Origin: Epiperipatus broadwayi
Taxonomy: Eukaryota > Animalia > Onychophora
Assembly (NCBI GenBank): GCA_028023455.1
Contig: JAQFVV010000003.1
Span: forward strand, 10,912,001-10,976,000
Reading direction: 5' to 3'
Length of the DNA: 64,000 bases
Positions 27,801 to 41,355 of the stretch are shown in pieces; within the stretch, counting starts at the first letter, position 1; the number at the start of each line of letters is the position of its first letter. Under the pieces are notes generated by a model. The model made no database searches and had not been told where the DNA came from. It saw nothing but the letters and a program-made list of their open reading frames with translations. The position numbers were made by a program, and so were the translations under genes.

Positions 27801-30129
27801 ATACTATGGAAATCAGATTATAAAGAAGCAAAACCATCAACATCTTGAAGACAGGATTAAAACATAATGTAAATACACTTTAAAGTTTTCTGACTGAATG
27901 AAAAATGTGACCACGTTACATTTTTTTTAAAGTAATAAATCAATATTTATTAGACTGCAATTTTAAAAAAAAACTTATGGAAATATCACCCAAACAACTA
28001 TAGAAGAGTGATATAATGTAGTCAAACTATAATACCATCACTAAAGTAAATAACCATATTAAGTCTCAGACCTCATACAAGATAATTTAAAAGGGAAGAA
28101 GGATTTGTTTAAAAAAATTGTAAATAAAAAGATTTCTTTGACAGTCTCTAATGGCTAGTTGAATTAAATTTTCTATATTTTATTGATCAAATTTACTTTC
28201 TTTATTATATTTTCAGAAATTTTAAATTATTTGTTAAACATTACAAATAACACTTATTTTTAAAAATATTATTTCAACTTTGCAAATATAGAAAAAATAT
28301 TAAATTGAAAGACAAAATGAAAACAACTTTTTTTTTATTGGCCTGTTACCACATTGCTGTGAAAATATTACATTTAAAAAAATATATTTGTTTTAACTCA
28401 GTTTCTTAAGCTAATGAAATTCTATTTAAATTGTTAAAATTCTACTCACAATTATTAAAAAATTAAAAAAAACAAATTCATGAACAATATGAATTCATGC
28501 CTTTTCATTCAATTACAAGTTTCCACCCATAGTTATTGATTTCTCTTGGTTTATTTTCTAAATTAAAATATTTTTGAATAAAATCTGAATCTAATCATAT
28601 TATTCTTCTAAAAATAACTATTACATAAATATTTTGAAAAATAATCATAATTAACTAAACAAACTTCAAAATCTAAACAAAAGTATGAATATTCTCAAAA
28701 GTTCTCACAAACAATCCATGTGGAGAAAACAAGAAATTACTAATCAGTGATATTGTTGACTCACTAGCTATAGGTTTTTCTATAAAATATCAAAATCTTG
28801 AGATTTTTTAAAAATTAATAAATCAATAATATTTTAGTTCCAATTTTACTATAAAAAATGAATGCAAAAATTGTCAAAGTAGTGCTATGGTAGTTGTAAA
28901 ACATTGAATTAAAGAAGAAGTGACCAGCAATACTAGCACATATTCAATTAAACTAATGTAGATGTTGCTAAAAAGGTTGAAGCAAGAGTAAAAATAAAAA
29001 AAGATCTCTAAATTATTTGAACTGCATAAATAGTATGATTTAAATAAATAAATAATATCTAAATAAGTTTTTCAATTATAAATATTGTATTATTTCAATA
29101 CAAAAAAGTTTCAGCAACATTTTATTACCCTCTTTTGGTATGAATACATACAAATATTACTATATATATATATTAGTATTTTTTAATTATAAATTTATAT
29201 ATTATACAGTAAATAAAAATACAAAAATAATATGTAGATAATGATATACAATAGATCAATATATAATAATTATTTCTATTTTCTGATAATATTATCATTC
29301 AATAATTATCAGGAATTTTATATTGAGATATTTCTTATACCATTTTTTCTTTGATATTCTTCCAACAACTATTATCACAAAAGCTTTGGTCCTTCAACGA
29401 TTTTTTTACTAAATAGTTTCATAAGAGTTCTGGAATCTTAAATTTTAAAAATGATATTCTATTTACAAATAACTGACAAATGGAACATTTTGTACTATTG
29501 TAATTTTTTCAACTACTTCAAATTCAAGCCCAAAAACACAATCTAAAGAATCTCATATTTATAAATATAATAACAAGTATTTAATTAAAAAAGAAGAGTC
29601 TGTATGTGAAGCAGAGACTGAATGATGACACATTATCATGGATGCATTATGAAAACATGTGATACATTCAAAGATTAAAGCTTTTTTATTGTTATATTAA
29701 AAAATAATTTTGATTTAAAAGATTATTTTATGGAAAAGATAAATCTAATGTTATGTTCATTTACTTAGGTGACATAATAATAATAAATTTCTCTTTATAT
29801 CTTGGTGCAATAATAAAAAAAATGAACTTAAAAATTAAATGTTATTGAATCAAAACTCAATTATCGCTTCTAGTAAGGGAATATCACATATTTTAGATCA
29901 CTAAAGTTTATATTATTGATGGATGGCTTGAAAGCTAAGTGTTTCTGGATCAAAACTCAGCCTACTAATATTGCATGTCATCCTAAAGTAGATGGTTAGT
30001 GAAAAAAAATGCAAGTTTAATTACCTCCTGAAATAAAAAAATCTCATCACAAACAAACAAGGGTTATTTTCATAAGATGAGATAAGAGATGAATGGGTCA
30101 AAAAATAAACTTTTATCTTTATTATCAAA

Positions 30130-30342
30130 TGTAAATATATTAAATTTAAGCGTAAACAGATAATATATAATAATGTGAAAGCTAAACACCTTCAAACAGA
30201 TACGCTTTAAAAATACTTATGTGACAGCCAATCAGATGGAATAATGGCATCACATGGGACTCTATGTAACAGCCAATCAGATGGAATAATGGCATCATGT
30301 CACATAAGCATTTTTAAAGCGTATCTGTTTGAAGGTGTTTAA
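30130..30342. mobile_element. Short fold-back insertion with an internal tandem repeat and a 13-bp TSD
   Basis: ~45-bp inverted arms AAACACCTTCAAACAGATACGCTTTAAAAAT.CTTATGTGACA; two copies of ACAGCCAATCAGATGGAATAATGGCATCA; TSD CTTTATTATCAAA at 30117-30129 and 30343-30355. Confidence 0.75.
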
Positions 30343-30849
30343 CTTTATTATCAAAATAATTGAAATTCTTAATAATTTTATTTATGTTCAGTGTATGACT
30401 TGTTGGTGAAGTTCTTAATACTGTAGTTTAATTCATGTAATCACATGGTTTTGCTGCTAAGATATTCTAATAAAGATTCATTGGTAAGCACATCAAATCC
30501 ATCTAAACAATTAGATTTTCTGTTTTTTTTTTACATTACCAGGAATTGACATTGACCTTAAAATAATTCACATAACCAGTAAGCACTTTTATTCATTAAA
30601 CTAATAATTCAAAATATTTTTATAATTTATTTTTTAAACTATTAAATGATGATCACTGATTTATCAATTCATATTAAAACTACACTTATTTTAATAAATA
30701 AAGCATTAACATAAAAAATTTATTACACTTTCACATTTTTAATGGGATTCTACATTTAAAGTGTTTAATGTAAATGTTGAAAATGATATATTTATATAGT
30801 AATTTACAAATATTACTTTCAATGAATAGAATGTTTTTCAGAGGTTTTT

Positions 30850-31460
30850 TTTTTATCATTATTTACAATACTTAACAAGTGGCTATGAGAAGTTATTTTC
30901 CTTTTCATTCAAAATTCTAAAGAATATATAAATCTATCAAAATTATACTTCTTTAAAGAATTCCAAATATCACCATCCAAGTTCTTTGTTTCTATTCAGC
31001 AATTTTTTCTTTCTAGAAGTATTTTATTATTGTTTCATATAAGTACAAATAAAATTTTTATCCAGTTTCACAATGGAATGCTGTAAAAAAAAATGGAAAA
31101 AGATGAACTAAAAAAGCATGTGAAACAATTAAAAATTGCTCTGATAAATTATTCTTTCATTAGAATATTACAGTAAGTCTTCTAAAATGTTTCAATTTCT
31201 AGCAGAAAATTATAGAACTGCGGCGTTTCCTATTCTCTTCATCGCTCTTCAGATATATTTAACTATACTAGTGTCTGTTACTTCTGAAAAAAAGACAATT
31301 TCTAGGTTAAAATTAATAAAAAAAAATAGTTTAAGATCAACTATGATCCAAGATGGGCTAAACAATTTAGTGATGCTATTCAATGGAAATCAAGAAGCAT
31401 GACAGCTAAATTTTGATTCAATTTTAGCAAACTTCTCTGAGAAAAAAGGCTAGAAAATGT
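30850..31460 (+). mobile_element. hAT transposase C-terminal (dimerisation domain) remnant
   Basis: FPILFIALQIYLTILVSVTSEKKTISRLKLIKKNSLRSTMIQDGLNNL matches the hAT FPNL..ALRI.LT.PVS.AS.ERSFS.LKLIK..LRSTM.Q.RL pattern. Confidence 0.8.
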
Positions 31461-32141
31461 TTTTAAGCATTGTTTTATATTTCTTAAACATAGAGATGAT
31501 ACATACTTTATTTAAATTACACTATTCAATGACTAATTTTTTTAAAGTAAAAAATGTATTTTTATTTATAAAAATTAGAGCCATATTTTGAAGGATTCCA
31601 AATAAAATTTTCAAATGAATCCCAAATTAACACCCTTTTAGATTATATATCATCTATTTCTTACAGCTTTAAAATGCATAGCTTTTTAAAGAGTTCATTC
31701 ATATTATAAATGTGAAATTGTCAAAAAAAAAAAAAAGAGAGGAAAAGAGGGGAGGGGGAAATCATAGTTAATGACCATAAACATTTTTCAGGTTTCTAAT
31801 AATAATATATTTAAATAATAAATTTATTTTGAATACATTTTCATTTTGATAAAATAAGAATATACATTATGACTTGCTCCACAATCAGATAATTGATTTT
31901 GAAAATTGAAGTAATAGTCAATTTGAATATTTTGTCATACCACAAAGTTTTGGTGAAAAGATAATACCAATCTATGTATCCCATAATTCTTCTCTCTAAA
32001 TTTACATGTAAATGTGCTAAATTAAAATCAATATAAATTTAACGCTACTATTGTGTCATATTACACACTAAAAAGTTCTACAATAATAATATTAATTTAA
32101 TGTTGAAATTTATTAAAACCTAATATGTAAACTATATATAT

Positions 32142-32420
32142 ATGAGGGGGGGGCACAAAAATAACTGGAATCATTTTCTTGTTTGCATGACTGTTGTAGT
32201 GTATGATTCAGTCATTACATACTTCTTTCTGGAACCCTTCTGTCTCAATTTGTCAAATGGCACAGCTGTGTGAAATCATGGACCTAAGTAGCAAATTTTT
32301 TTGTAAAGTGCATTTCCTATATTTTTCAATTTTTTAATAATGGTTGATATGTTCAAACAATTAACATTGATTTATATATATAAATGACATTTTTCTCTCA
32401 AATTTATTTCATAATGGTCA
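32142..32420 (+). mobile_element. Possible mariner-like 5' terminal fragment
   Basis: TA followed by TGAGGGGGGG, similar to the CGAGGG.. start of many mariner TIRs; no partner TIR found. Confidence 0.3.
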
Positions 32421-32877
32421 GGCATTTTATTTGCAAGTTCTATAACATTTACATGATGCAGTTAAACATAAACACCCTATTTTGTGCAAAGAAAAGAATG
32501 CAAATTCCACCCCAACTGTGTCATCTCTCAAAGACTTGAGGGTGAAATACTTTTAAATTAAATTCAGCATAATCCAGCTTATTTATCAGCCATATTTGCT
32601 TGATCTCTCTTGAATGGAAAAAATGACTCTTTTTTTTTTTTTTTTTTTTGCAGAATTAGAAATGAGGGGGAAAGTGACAAAAGCAGTAAAACGCATCACT
32701 TTGCAACTGTTTTCTGACTACTTTGAAAAGTTACAAACTCATTTAGATTGGTATATTGCATTAAATAGACTATAGTTTTTAAAGCAATTTGCAATACCAA
32801 AAATAAATATACAATTTTTTATTACAAAATTCCAATTACTTTAGAATCCCTCATGTATATATATTTGACTTTGTTTT

Positions 32878-33474
32878 ATGTATAAAAGAAACTAATGGAT
32901 GTAAAAGTGAACAGAGTAACATCTTCATTCTCTCAAACCAAGATGCTTCAGATTGACTTATATAAATCAGAATTTAGATTAAAGATAATATGGATTCTTA
33001 TCATCATAAAGTCTCTATCTTGGGTTTGGAGTTTTCCTGTAATCAACATAGCATCATTGAGCTTATATAAATTAGTACAGTAAATATATGAAAAGATGAA
33101 AATCCTTTCTATTTAATTACATACATACTATGCACTTGATAAATAAAGTTCAATGTTATCTTTCTATTAATTCTTAAAATTGACTCAAAGTAAATTGAAA
33201 GATTTCACATATATTAATGTATGAAAGAAACTAATGGATGTAAAAGTGAACAGAGTAACATCTTCACTTTCTCAAACCAAGATGCTTCAGAACAGTCTAT
33301 ATAAATCAGAATTTAGGTTAAAGATAGGATAGCCATTCTTATCTTTACAAAGTCTCTAACTTCCTGTACTCAACGCAGCATTGTTGAGCTTATATAAATT
33401 AGTACAGTGAATATATGAAAAGTTGAAAATCCTTTCTATTTAATTACATATGTACTATGCACTTGATAAATAAA
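32878..33474 (+). mobile_element. Family C partial tandem, 1.75 copies of a 339-bp unit
   Basis: Unit starts at 32880 and 33219; shares the GTAAATYGAAAGAYTTC and TGCACTTNATAAA blocks with the 42.6-kb and 52-kb units. Confidence 0.75.
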
Positions 33475-34166
33475 TTTCAGCATATCAAAACAATGTAATA
33501 CAAAAGAATTGAAAAATATAATAGAAATAAACAATAACTAATTATTGAATTATACTATAAATCAGATACTGTTGATTATCAATAATCAGAAATTAGCACA
33601 AAACTAAATTATTATTTGGTATATATTGATTATTCATGCTTATGTGAATGGCTTATGAGAAATAGTTATTTACTGCTAATGTTTTATTAAAAAACAATTC
33701 AGTGATTCATTGCTCAAGAGTTCATATAGAGTTCAAGCACCAAAACTGACAGAGCCAAGCCTTGATCCATAGATCTTGAGCTCCAGAATAGGATACTCTA
33801 TCATTAAATCCAAAATTATTTTTTAATTTGTCCATTTTATTTATTTCAATGTTTTATCAGCCACTTTGATGTTCAAGTGTCACAGGATCTCCCAAACAAC
33901 AAATTATTCCATTATTTTTATTTTAACAGATAATTTGTTTGCAAAAGCATGCTATGAAAGTTTAAAAATATATCTTAACAAATATTATAGATTACTGATA
34001 TCATTTAATTGAAATACTGATATAAATAAAGTAACCAAATTTAAAGAAATATTAAATAAATAATATTTTATTTATTAAAAAAAGATTAAAAAACTAATAT
34101 ATATATAGCAATCTGTAGCAATAATTCTATCACAGATCGAGAAAAAAATTAAGTTATTAGTTGTTT

Positions 34167-34261
34167 TTTTTAAATGTCATAGCATCGGCCGGGACGCGAA
34201 CCCGCAACCCGGGCAACTGCCTGCAAGTGCAAGGCAGTCGCGCTGACCTCTCGACCACCAA
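34167..34261 (-). mobile_element. tRNA-derived SINE
   Basis: A-box-like TGGTCGAGAGG, B-box GGTTCGCGTCC, tail GCTATGACATTT(A)n; 16-bp TSD AAGTTATTAGTTGTTT at 34151-34166 and 34262-34277. Confidence 0.85.
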
Positions 34262-34513
34262 AAGTTATTAGTTGTTTATTACAATAATTTAAAAAAATAG
34301 TAACAGAAAAAAAGGTAATAGGTAAATGAAAAATATCTAAACTTTTATTGAACAGATGAGTCAAATAAAATATAAAGTGGAGGTGGTAATCTAGAAGGAA
34401 GTTTTTTTTTTTTTTTTTTAAAGTTAAATTTGGTTAAAATAAGTCATACAAACATTGATGTAATTTAGTTGTAAGGAAATAATGATGCTTTTAAATATAT
34501 ATTATACATTTAA

Positions 34514-35289
34514 CTCTTAGCCCATCTCTTACGAGAGGTCTCATCGACGATTGACGTCACTCTAATTCCATTATTTTTAATGCTAGGATAACCGTTCTAG
34601 AGTCAATAGTTAGATTTTTAAAAGTTCTGTAAGATGCTACCCTCTTCTGAATTATTTTACAAGTAAAAAATCAATAAAACCGCCTGTGAAGCTAAACAAA
34701 AAAGGAAGCTTGTCGCTGATTGGGTCTCAGCTGTCAAAGACATTCTGATTGGCTGGAAAGAACAAAGAAACCGCCTGATCAAAGAAAATAAAGGAGAACG
34801 CTAAGATTTTCATTTCAAATATGATAAACAAGTGTTTTAAACTATTATAAAAGTATTATTTGAGAAATTATAAGTCATTTTCATAAAATATGCTAAAAAA
34901 CAAAATTATTTTAGAAAAATATTGAAGATTTTAGTAAAAATATTTCAGATTTTAGCAAAAAAAAAATTTTCTTTTCTGTAACGTAAAACTGGAAAAAAAA
35001 AAATTCACGTCAGCAACTCTTGCTTATTCATTACTATGTTCACTTTTAAATTTGCCGAAATTGAATATTTTATAATAAATAAATAGAAATTTATTTTTGA
35101 AAGAACTTTCGTTCACTTTCATAACCTGACAAATTATTAATATACTTTTTATAAACGAATCTAAAGTGAATATGATATTAAAGGTGAAAATATTTTGACA
35201 ATTGACTTTGTCTTCAGTTTGTGAGTTGGCCAATTAAAAGCTTTGATTTTTACCTGATACGACCAATAATATAATTAGCGGTTTAAGGG
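34514..35289. mobile_element. piggyBac-like non-autonomous element, second copy
   Basis: TTAA at 34510-34513 and 35290-35293; ends in AAGGG; homologous to 23505-24247. Confidence 0.7.
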
Positions 35290-35694
35290 TTAATATGATA
35301 AAAATGTTTTGAAATTAATATCTGCTAAAAATAAAATGTTGGCATACTAAGGATGAACAAGTCTATCCAAGCCAAAAGATCAGTTCACTTTCAACCGAGT
35401 ATAATACTTTCCTAAGTTAATATAATAACATAATAATGAAATATACTATAATAACAAATGATTCTATATTTAAAGTTTTACTCATGTAACAGAATTTCAA
35501 ATTAAAAATAATATATTTATTAAACTAAAATATAAAGCTTGATAAATGTTTTTAAATATTACTATTAAATAAAATGAAACTACTAGTTGAGAAACATTTT
35601 GTAAAGTTTATTTATCTATTGTACTGCCAATGTCTTGGGAATTCAAGTGGTGATCAAATAATAAAGTGGCAGACTGAATTTAGCAAAAGAGATT

Positions 35695-35794
35695 CTTAGC
35701 CGAGAGGTATCGCAGCCGCCATGCAAGCAAGTAGTTGGTTGCAGATGGTTGTGGGTTCGCGTCCCGGCCGATGCTATGACATATGAAAAAAAAA
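35695..35794 (+). mobile_element. tRNA-derived SINE (same subfamily as 34167-34261)
   Basis: Starts TTAGCCGAGAGGTATCG; 3' part GGGTTCGCGTCCCGGCCGATGCTATGACAT(A)n is identical to the 34.2-kb copy. Confidence 0.8.
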
Positions 35795-36043
35795 TGTTCC
35801 TGAAACCTTAATTTCCTAAATACATCATTGTCACCAATAAACCAAAGCAATCAGGGGAAAAAACTTTTATATACAATATAGATACAATATTCTTTTTTAA
35901 AAAAAAGTAATTAAAACTATCTTAAATAATGTTATCTTAGCAATACATCCTAGAATAGTGGGGTTAATTATTAAAGATTTCTGACCAATCCCAAAAAGAA
36001 GAATGAAAAAATTTCAGTTTGGTTAATTGAATAAAAATATTGT

Positions 36044-36133
36044 ATATATATGTCAAAGCATTGACCGGGAAGCAAACCCGGGCCGGCTGCTTGGAAAGCA
36101 GTTATGCTAACAGCTAGGCCACCAACGCTTGAC
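36044..36133 (-). pseudogene. tRNA-Gly(TCC)-derived retrocopy/SINE
   Basis: GCGTTGGTGGCCTAGCTGTTAGCATAACTGCTTTCCAAGCAGCCGGCCCGGGTTTGCTTCCCGGTCAATGC (36058-36128) closely resembles eukaryotic tRNA-Gly-TCC; T-loop is degenerate; 12-bp TSD TAAAAATATTGT at 36032-36043 and 36134-36145. Confidence 0.8.
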
Positions 36134-36595
36134 TAAAAATATTGTTTTCAGCCTGCATTGCTCAAAAATCATTAAATTCTCATACAATTGGATCTAATAA
36201 CATATAAATCTCTTTAAAGTTTAATACTTCTCTGCAAACGCCAATAATTAATTAACTTATTTTAAGTAATAATAATAAACAACTATTATTAAATAAGTAT
36301 GGCATTTCAATTCACAAAAAGAAAAGAGAGAAAAAAATACACTAGAAATGAATTTTGGGATGATTATACAAAATAATCCGTGAACTACAAATACATCCAA
36401 ATATTGATATGCTGGTTCACTTTTTCATTTACTTGATATTTTACAATGATGTCTTTTAATTTCTTTAACAGAAAACTTTTCTTTCTTACATATTTGAACA
36501 TCAATTTCACTTTACAACACTATGGAAGTCTAGCACTATTCATTTGTTTTAAATATCCAATCCAATAAAGGTGTGATTTTACAATAGTGATCTTA

Positions 36596-37552
36596 ATATA
36601 TAGGGTATATGAGCACAGACTTTCACACGACCAACCACTCTCCACTCTATCTAATAACACTGATACACTCAAGCACATATATGCTGAAAAGATAAATAAT
36701 CACCAATATATGTATTTCATGCTAAACCAGCAATCATCAGTTGGTCCAGATTATCATCTCCCACACATATATATTATAAGTGCTCAGATATATATTAAGA
36801 TAGACAATCTTCATACTTTAATGGACAGGCTCCAATCCACTACACACTCCAACTCTTCAACCATCCACCCAATTGAAAATCTGATGATGGAATGCTCGAA
36901 GGCCACCCTGAGGCCGAGATTCTTGTCACACCCTTGTTGACCTAAGGTCAATCTGAACCCCACATCTACAGGACATAATCCATTTAATACATATGCAAGG
37001 ATGGGCAGACATCTCTAGAATGTAATAACTGAAACACAGGCTTATTATATACCTGTGTCTCTATATGTAATATATAGGGTATATTACATTCTAGAGATAC
37101 ATGCCCATCCTTGCATATGTATTAAATGGATTATACCCTGTACATGTGGGTTTCAGATTGACCTTAGGTCAACATGGGTGTGACAAGAATCTCGGCCTCA
37201 GGGTGGCCTTCAAGCATTCCCTCATCAGATTTTCAATTGGATGGATGGTTGAAGAGTTGGAGTGTGTAGTGGATTGGAGCCTGTCCATTAAAATATAAAG
37301 ATTGTCTATCTCAATATATATCTGAGCACTTGTAGTATATATGTGTGGGAGATGATAATCTGGACCAACTGATAATTGCTATTTTGGCATGAAATACGTA
37401 TATTGGTGTTTATCTTTTCAGCATATATGTGCTTGAGTGTATCAGTGTTATTAGATAGAGTGGAGAGTAGTGGGTCATGTGAAAGTCTGTGCTCATATAC
37501 CCTATATATTACATATATAGACACAGGTATATAATAAGCCTGCGTTTCAGTT
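36596..37552. mobile_element. Family D head-to-head palindromic insertion of a 474-bp circularly permuted unit
   Basis: Left arm returns to its own start (TAATATATAGGGTATA at 36594 and 37068); right arm 37084-37552 is one full reverse turn; TSD AATAGWGATCTTA at 36583-36595 and 37553-37565. Confidence 0.85.
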
Positions 37553-37949
37553 AATAGAGATCTTAGTAATATCATACCTAACAAGCTGAAGAATATATTG
37601 CTTGGTTTTATTATTTTGTCATTGTACTTTTAAAATTTTTACAGAGCATTCTTAAATAAAACTTTTCTAATCCCTTTACATTACACTGATAGGGCGTCTA
37701 AGTTTGATTTCCATACAATAAATCAGATAAAATAACAATTCTATATACAACTAACTTAGTTGCAGTATTATTTCTATCTGATGAAGTATCCTACCTTTTA
37801 ACTTGTTGAAACTAGAAGTATCACACTGGAGTCTGTGTTGTACCTCAACACCTACGTCCACTTTTCTACTTATAAAACTACTAAGGTTTTTATATTGATT
37901 TACATTTTTAAATTAATAACCATTCAAGTTGCTGAGAATTCTTCTCCTG

Positions 37950-39540
37950 TCTCTGGCTGATAAAAAAAACTTGAATTTTATTCCTATACTAATTATACTT
38001 TACATTCAAAACATCAAGAATTTCTGTAAATCATTTTTTGAACCGAAGAAAATAGCATAATTATCCAGTAATCCAAGAAAAGCAATTTATTGTTTTCATT
38101 TTTAATTAAATTGAAATTAAAAATTCCACCACCAAAAATGTATTATATCTTCATCACTATTTAATTAAGCTACTTGTAAACAGTTCTGAAGATTGCTATC
38201 ATAAAACTGAAAACAATGTTGGAGAAAGTATATATCCTGTCTTTATTCCAAATGCATTAGATTTTGTAGTAATAACACTTTCTCTCATTCCATCATATAG
38301 AAGTTGCATATTACAAATAAATTTTGGTGAACAACTAATTTCAACAATGTCATAAACCTGTCCTATTAAATGAATAAAATGCCTTGATCAAATCAATAAA
38401 CGCAATATATAAATGACTTTATTGTTCTTGGCACTTTTTTGCATTTGCCAATGTTTACAGTACTTCTTGATTCTCTAAAACTATTCTGAGCCTCTGGTAA
38501 CCAATTGTTTATAATTGTAAATAATCCTATTCAACAAAATTTTTCAAAGTACCTTTTCTATAGTGGATAATAATGATATTTCTTGATAATTATTGCAATC
38601 TTATTTATTTCCTTTGATTTTAAAAAATAAAAACATCCTTAAGATCAGGTAGCATAACTTCATGGAGCAATATATTCCTAAAAATTCAAATATTTTTTAA
38701 TCTAATATATTGCTGCTATATTTTAACTTCTCCAGGTATTTCACCAGGATCTGCAGTCTTTCCATTTTTAAGATTTCAAGGAGCTATTTTGATTTCATTG
38801 AATTGGCTATGTTCTAAATGAATAAACAAAATAAATATATCATTAAATGTCATCATTTCAATTCTTGTATCTTTATTCAAAAGATAATCAAAATGCTCTT
38901 TCTACCAATTCGAAATATCATTGCCATCATATAAAAGTGTCATTTCTGGATTTAATAGTGGTGTGATACCATTTCTCATGTCCATATGCTGTTTTCAGTG
39001 CATTAAAAAAGATTTAGAATGACCATGATCAATTAAGTCTACATTTTATTTGAAGTTTAAATCCACCAATCAATTTTAACCATTCTTGTAAGTTGTTGAA
39101 CTTCTGTCTTCAGATCTCTTTGTTCATTATGAAGTTTCACATTTAATCTATTATTCTGTTAAGTAAAAACACCACATGTTGCAAGTAATGAATAAAAATA
39201 TATTCTGATAATTTATTTCCCTTTCAATTTATTAAACATTAGTGATATCTTACTTCCAGCTTCAGAAACAACTCATTAAATCAAAAAATATTGCTTTTAG
39301 CAGAAATAATTCACACTATTAATTCTGTTCCAAAAATCAATTTTAAGATTGAAAGTAGTATAATAATTTGCTCATCCGGATAAGTTTCTTGCAAGTACAT
39401 GTCATCAATGAAGCATACTCAGTTTAAAAATCATTCTAAGTTTTGAGCTCATGCCAACTTGGTAAATAGTCTTATATATCTGACACTAATACAATAACTA
39501 TACACTTTAGTAACTTCAGATTTATATTAACTGTAGAAAA
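37950..39540 (-). mobile_element. Degenerate RTE-clade LINE (APE and RT)
   Basis: Translations DMYLQETY (APE), KNGKTADPGEIPGEVK, KGNK*DCNNYQEISLLS, PEAQNSFRESRST, YIAFIDLIKAF, GIKTGYILSPTLF. Confidence 0.8.
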
Positions 39541-41219
39541 AAATTTATTATTTGAATGTAAGCCGAGAAAGTATTATTGTTATTTTTTTCTTGTACAAAT
39601 CAATTGATGTTAACAGTGCAGATTAAACAATAGACTCTAGTTTATTCTCCATATTGTAATATCTTCTACTTAAAAACCCACCTGTTTAGAAACTAGTGAA
39701 AAGAGTATGATTTGAATTTTCATTTAGTGTTTTGAATAAATTAATTACGGACATTTAAGTTTATGAAGTTGGAAAAAAGATTTCAATAGTAGCAAAGAAT
39801 ACACAATAGAATTGAATTTCAATATTTCTAATAAACTCAGAGAATAAAAAACCAGCCATATTTAGATATGGTATAACTGTCTGATGTTAGTAATTATATT
39901 TATGAACATACTGACAGGCATCATATTTCAATAATGTCTTTCTTTGTTACAATTACTCTGCAAGACTTCTACAGAATTAAAAAATAAAGCAAATATATTT
40001 CAACAGATTTCTATTTTAATTGATTATAAAAAAATAATCCAATGTAACAAAATCACAAACTTCCACAGAAACAATGTTATCAATGTTTAACTTGTAATAC
40101 AGCCTAATAATAGTAGAGCAATGGATCCAAGATCATATCTCAATTCTGTCATATATATATAAATTTCTGTCTAGTCAGTTTAATTAAACTATTGTGGTCA
40201 GCCAGCCACAAGTGAAGCTTAAATATAGTATCATTTTCCAACCAAATAACATATGCTTTAAATTAAAACATTACGATAAAATACATGCATTTATTTGTAA
40301 ATAGACATTATATTTCTATTAATTTTTTTTTTTTAAATAATGCATACTTTATTGCATTAAAAAAATGGTTCGCATTAAAAAGTTTAATTAAGATAAAAAA
40401 AATTCATTTACTTTACAAAAACCTAATTAAAAATCATTTACAATAGTGATTTAAGTTCTTAAATATTTTTCTGCCTCCTCTTCTCTTTTTCCTTTCTTTC
40501 TTTTTAATCACCTAGTTGCTAAATATAATAAAATGATATTTACTTTTACTTAAGAGTTAAAAAAAGTTCTGATAAAAACAAAAATAGCAATTTATTTTAT
40601 AAAAGTATATATTGTGATATGTGGAGATCTCTCTAAGCTTAATAATATACACAATTTAAAATTTATTAGCTTATTGCAAGTATGATACTATTATGATTGC
40701 ACCTTATAAAGCAACCATTAAAATTTCTAATATATTGTAGCCTTTTGAAATTTCTAGTATCAAATTTTGAATTCGCAGGAAAACAATTTTAAAGTTAATA
40801 TATTTTTTCCACTCACACTATATTAGAAATTAATAAGATTGAATGCACTGTAAAACATATAACACTTTATATGTGGATGAATTAATTTTGTAAAAGAAAT
40901 AGTAAATTCATATTTGTATTAGTTTATATCTAGTAAATAAAGTGATTTAAAATAATTGGTATAGTCTTGGTTTATTGCTTGAAATGTTTGTATGTGCATG
41001 TATGTTTATTATTTCTATTTTCAATTTGAAAAAAAATATTGTTTTAAGTACTTTAATATAAATCTTCCTTTATTTATTTTTTTAGAAAAAGATTGTTTAT
41101 TATGGTGTTAAATAAATAAAAGTGGTTTATTTTAATATGTATAACTTATATATTGTAATTTATTGAAAACTGCATAATATTTTATTTTAAAATATTTATT
41201 TAATATTATTATTAGATTG

Positions 41220-41355
41220 TACAGGCTTAAACCTGCATTTATATATGTAATATATGCGGGATTCGAACTCAGACTTTCACACGACCCACCACTCTCAGTG
41301 CCATCTCATATCGCTGACTCACCTTCCCACACACATGTTGAAAAGATAAATACTT
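41220..41355. mobile_element. Family D fragment spanning the unit wrap-around point, with a Pol III B-box on the minus strand
   Basis: ACAGGCTT..TATATGTAATATAT..CAGACTTTCACACGACC..GAAAAGATAAATA aligns to 37036-37083 followed by 36594-36695; GAGTTCGAATCCC on the minus strand. Confidence 0.65.

Noticed and set aside
36058-36128. Functional tRNA-Gly gene
   Set aside because: The T-loop (GTTTGCT) and D-arm are altered and the locus has a TSD, so it is treated as a retrocopy.
36587-37584. ORFs of 117, 65 and 92 aa in the family D palindrome
   Set aside because: They are mirror images produced by the inverted repeat, with different frameshifts in each arm and no protein motif.
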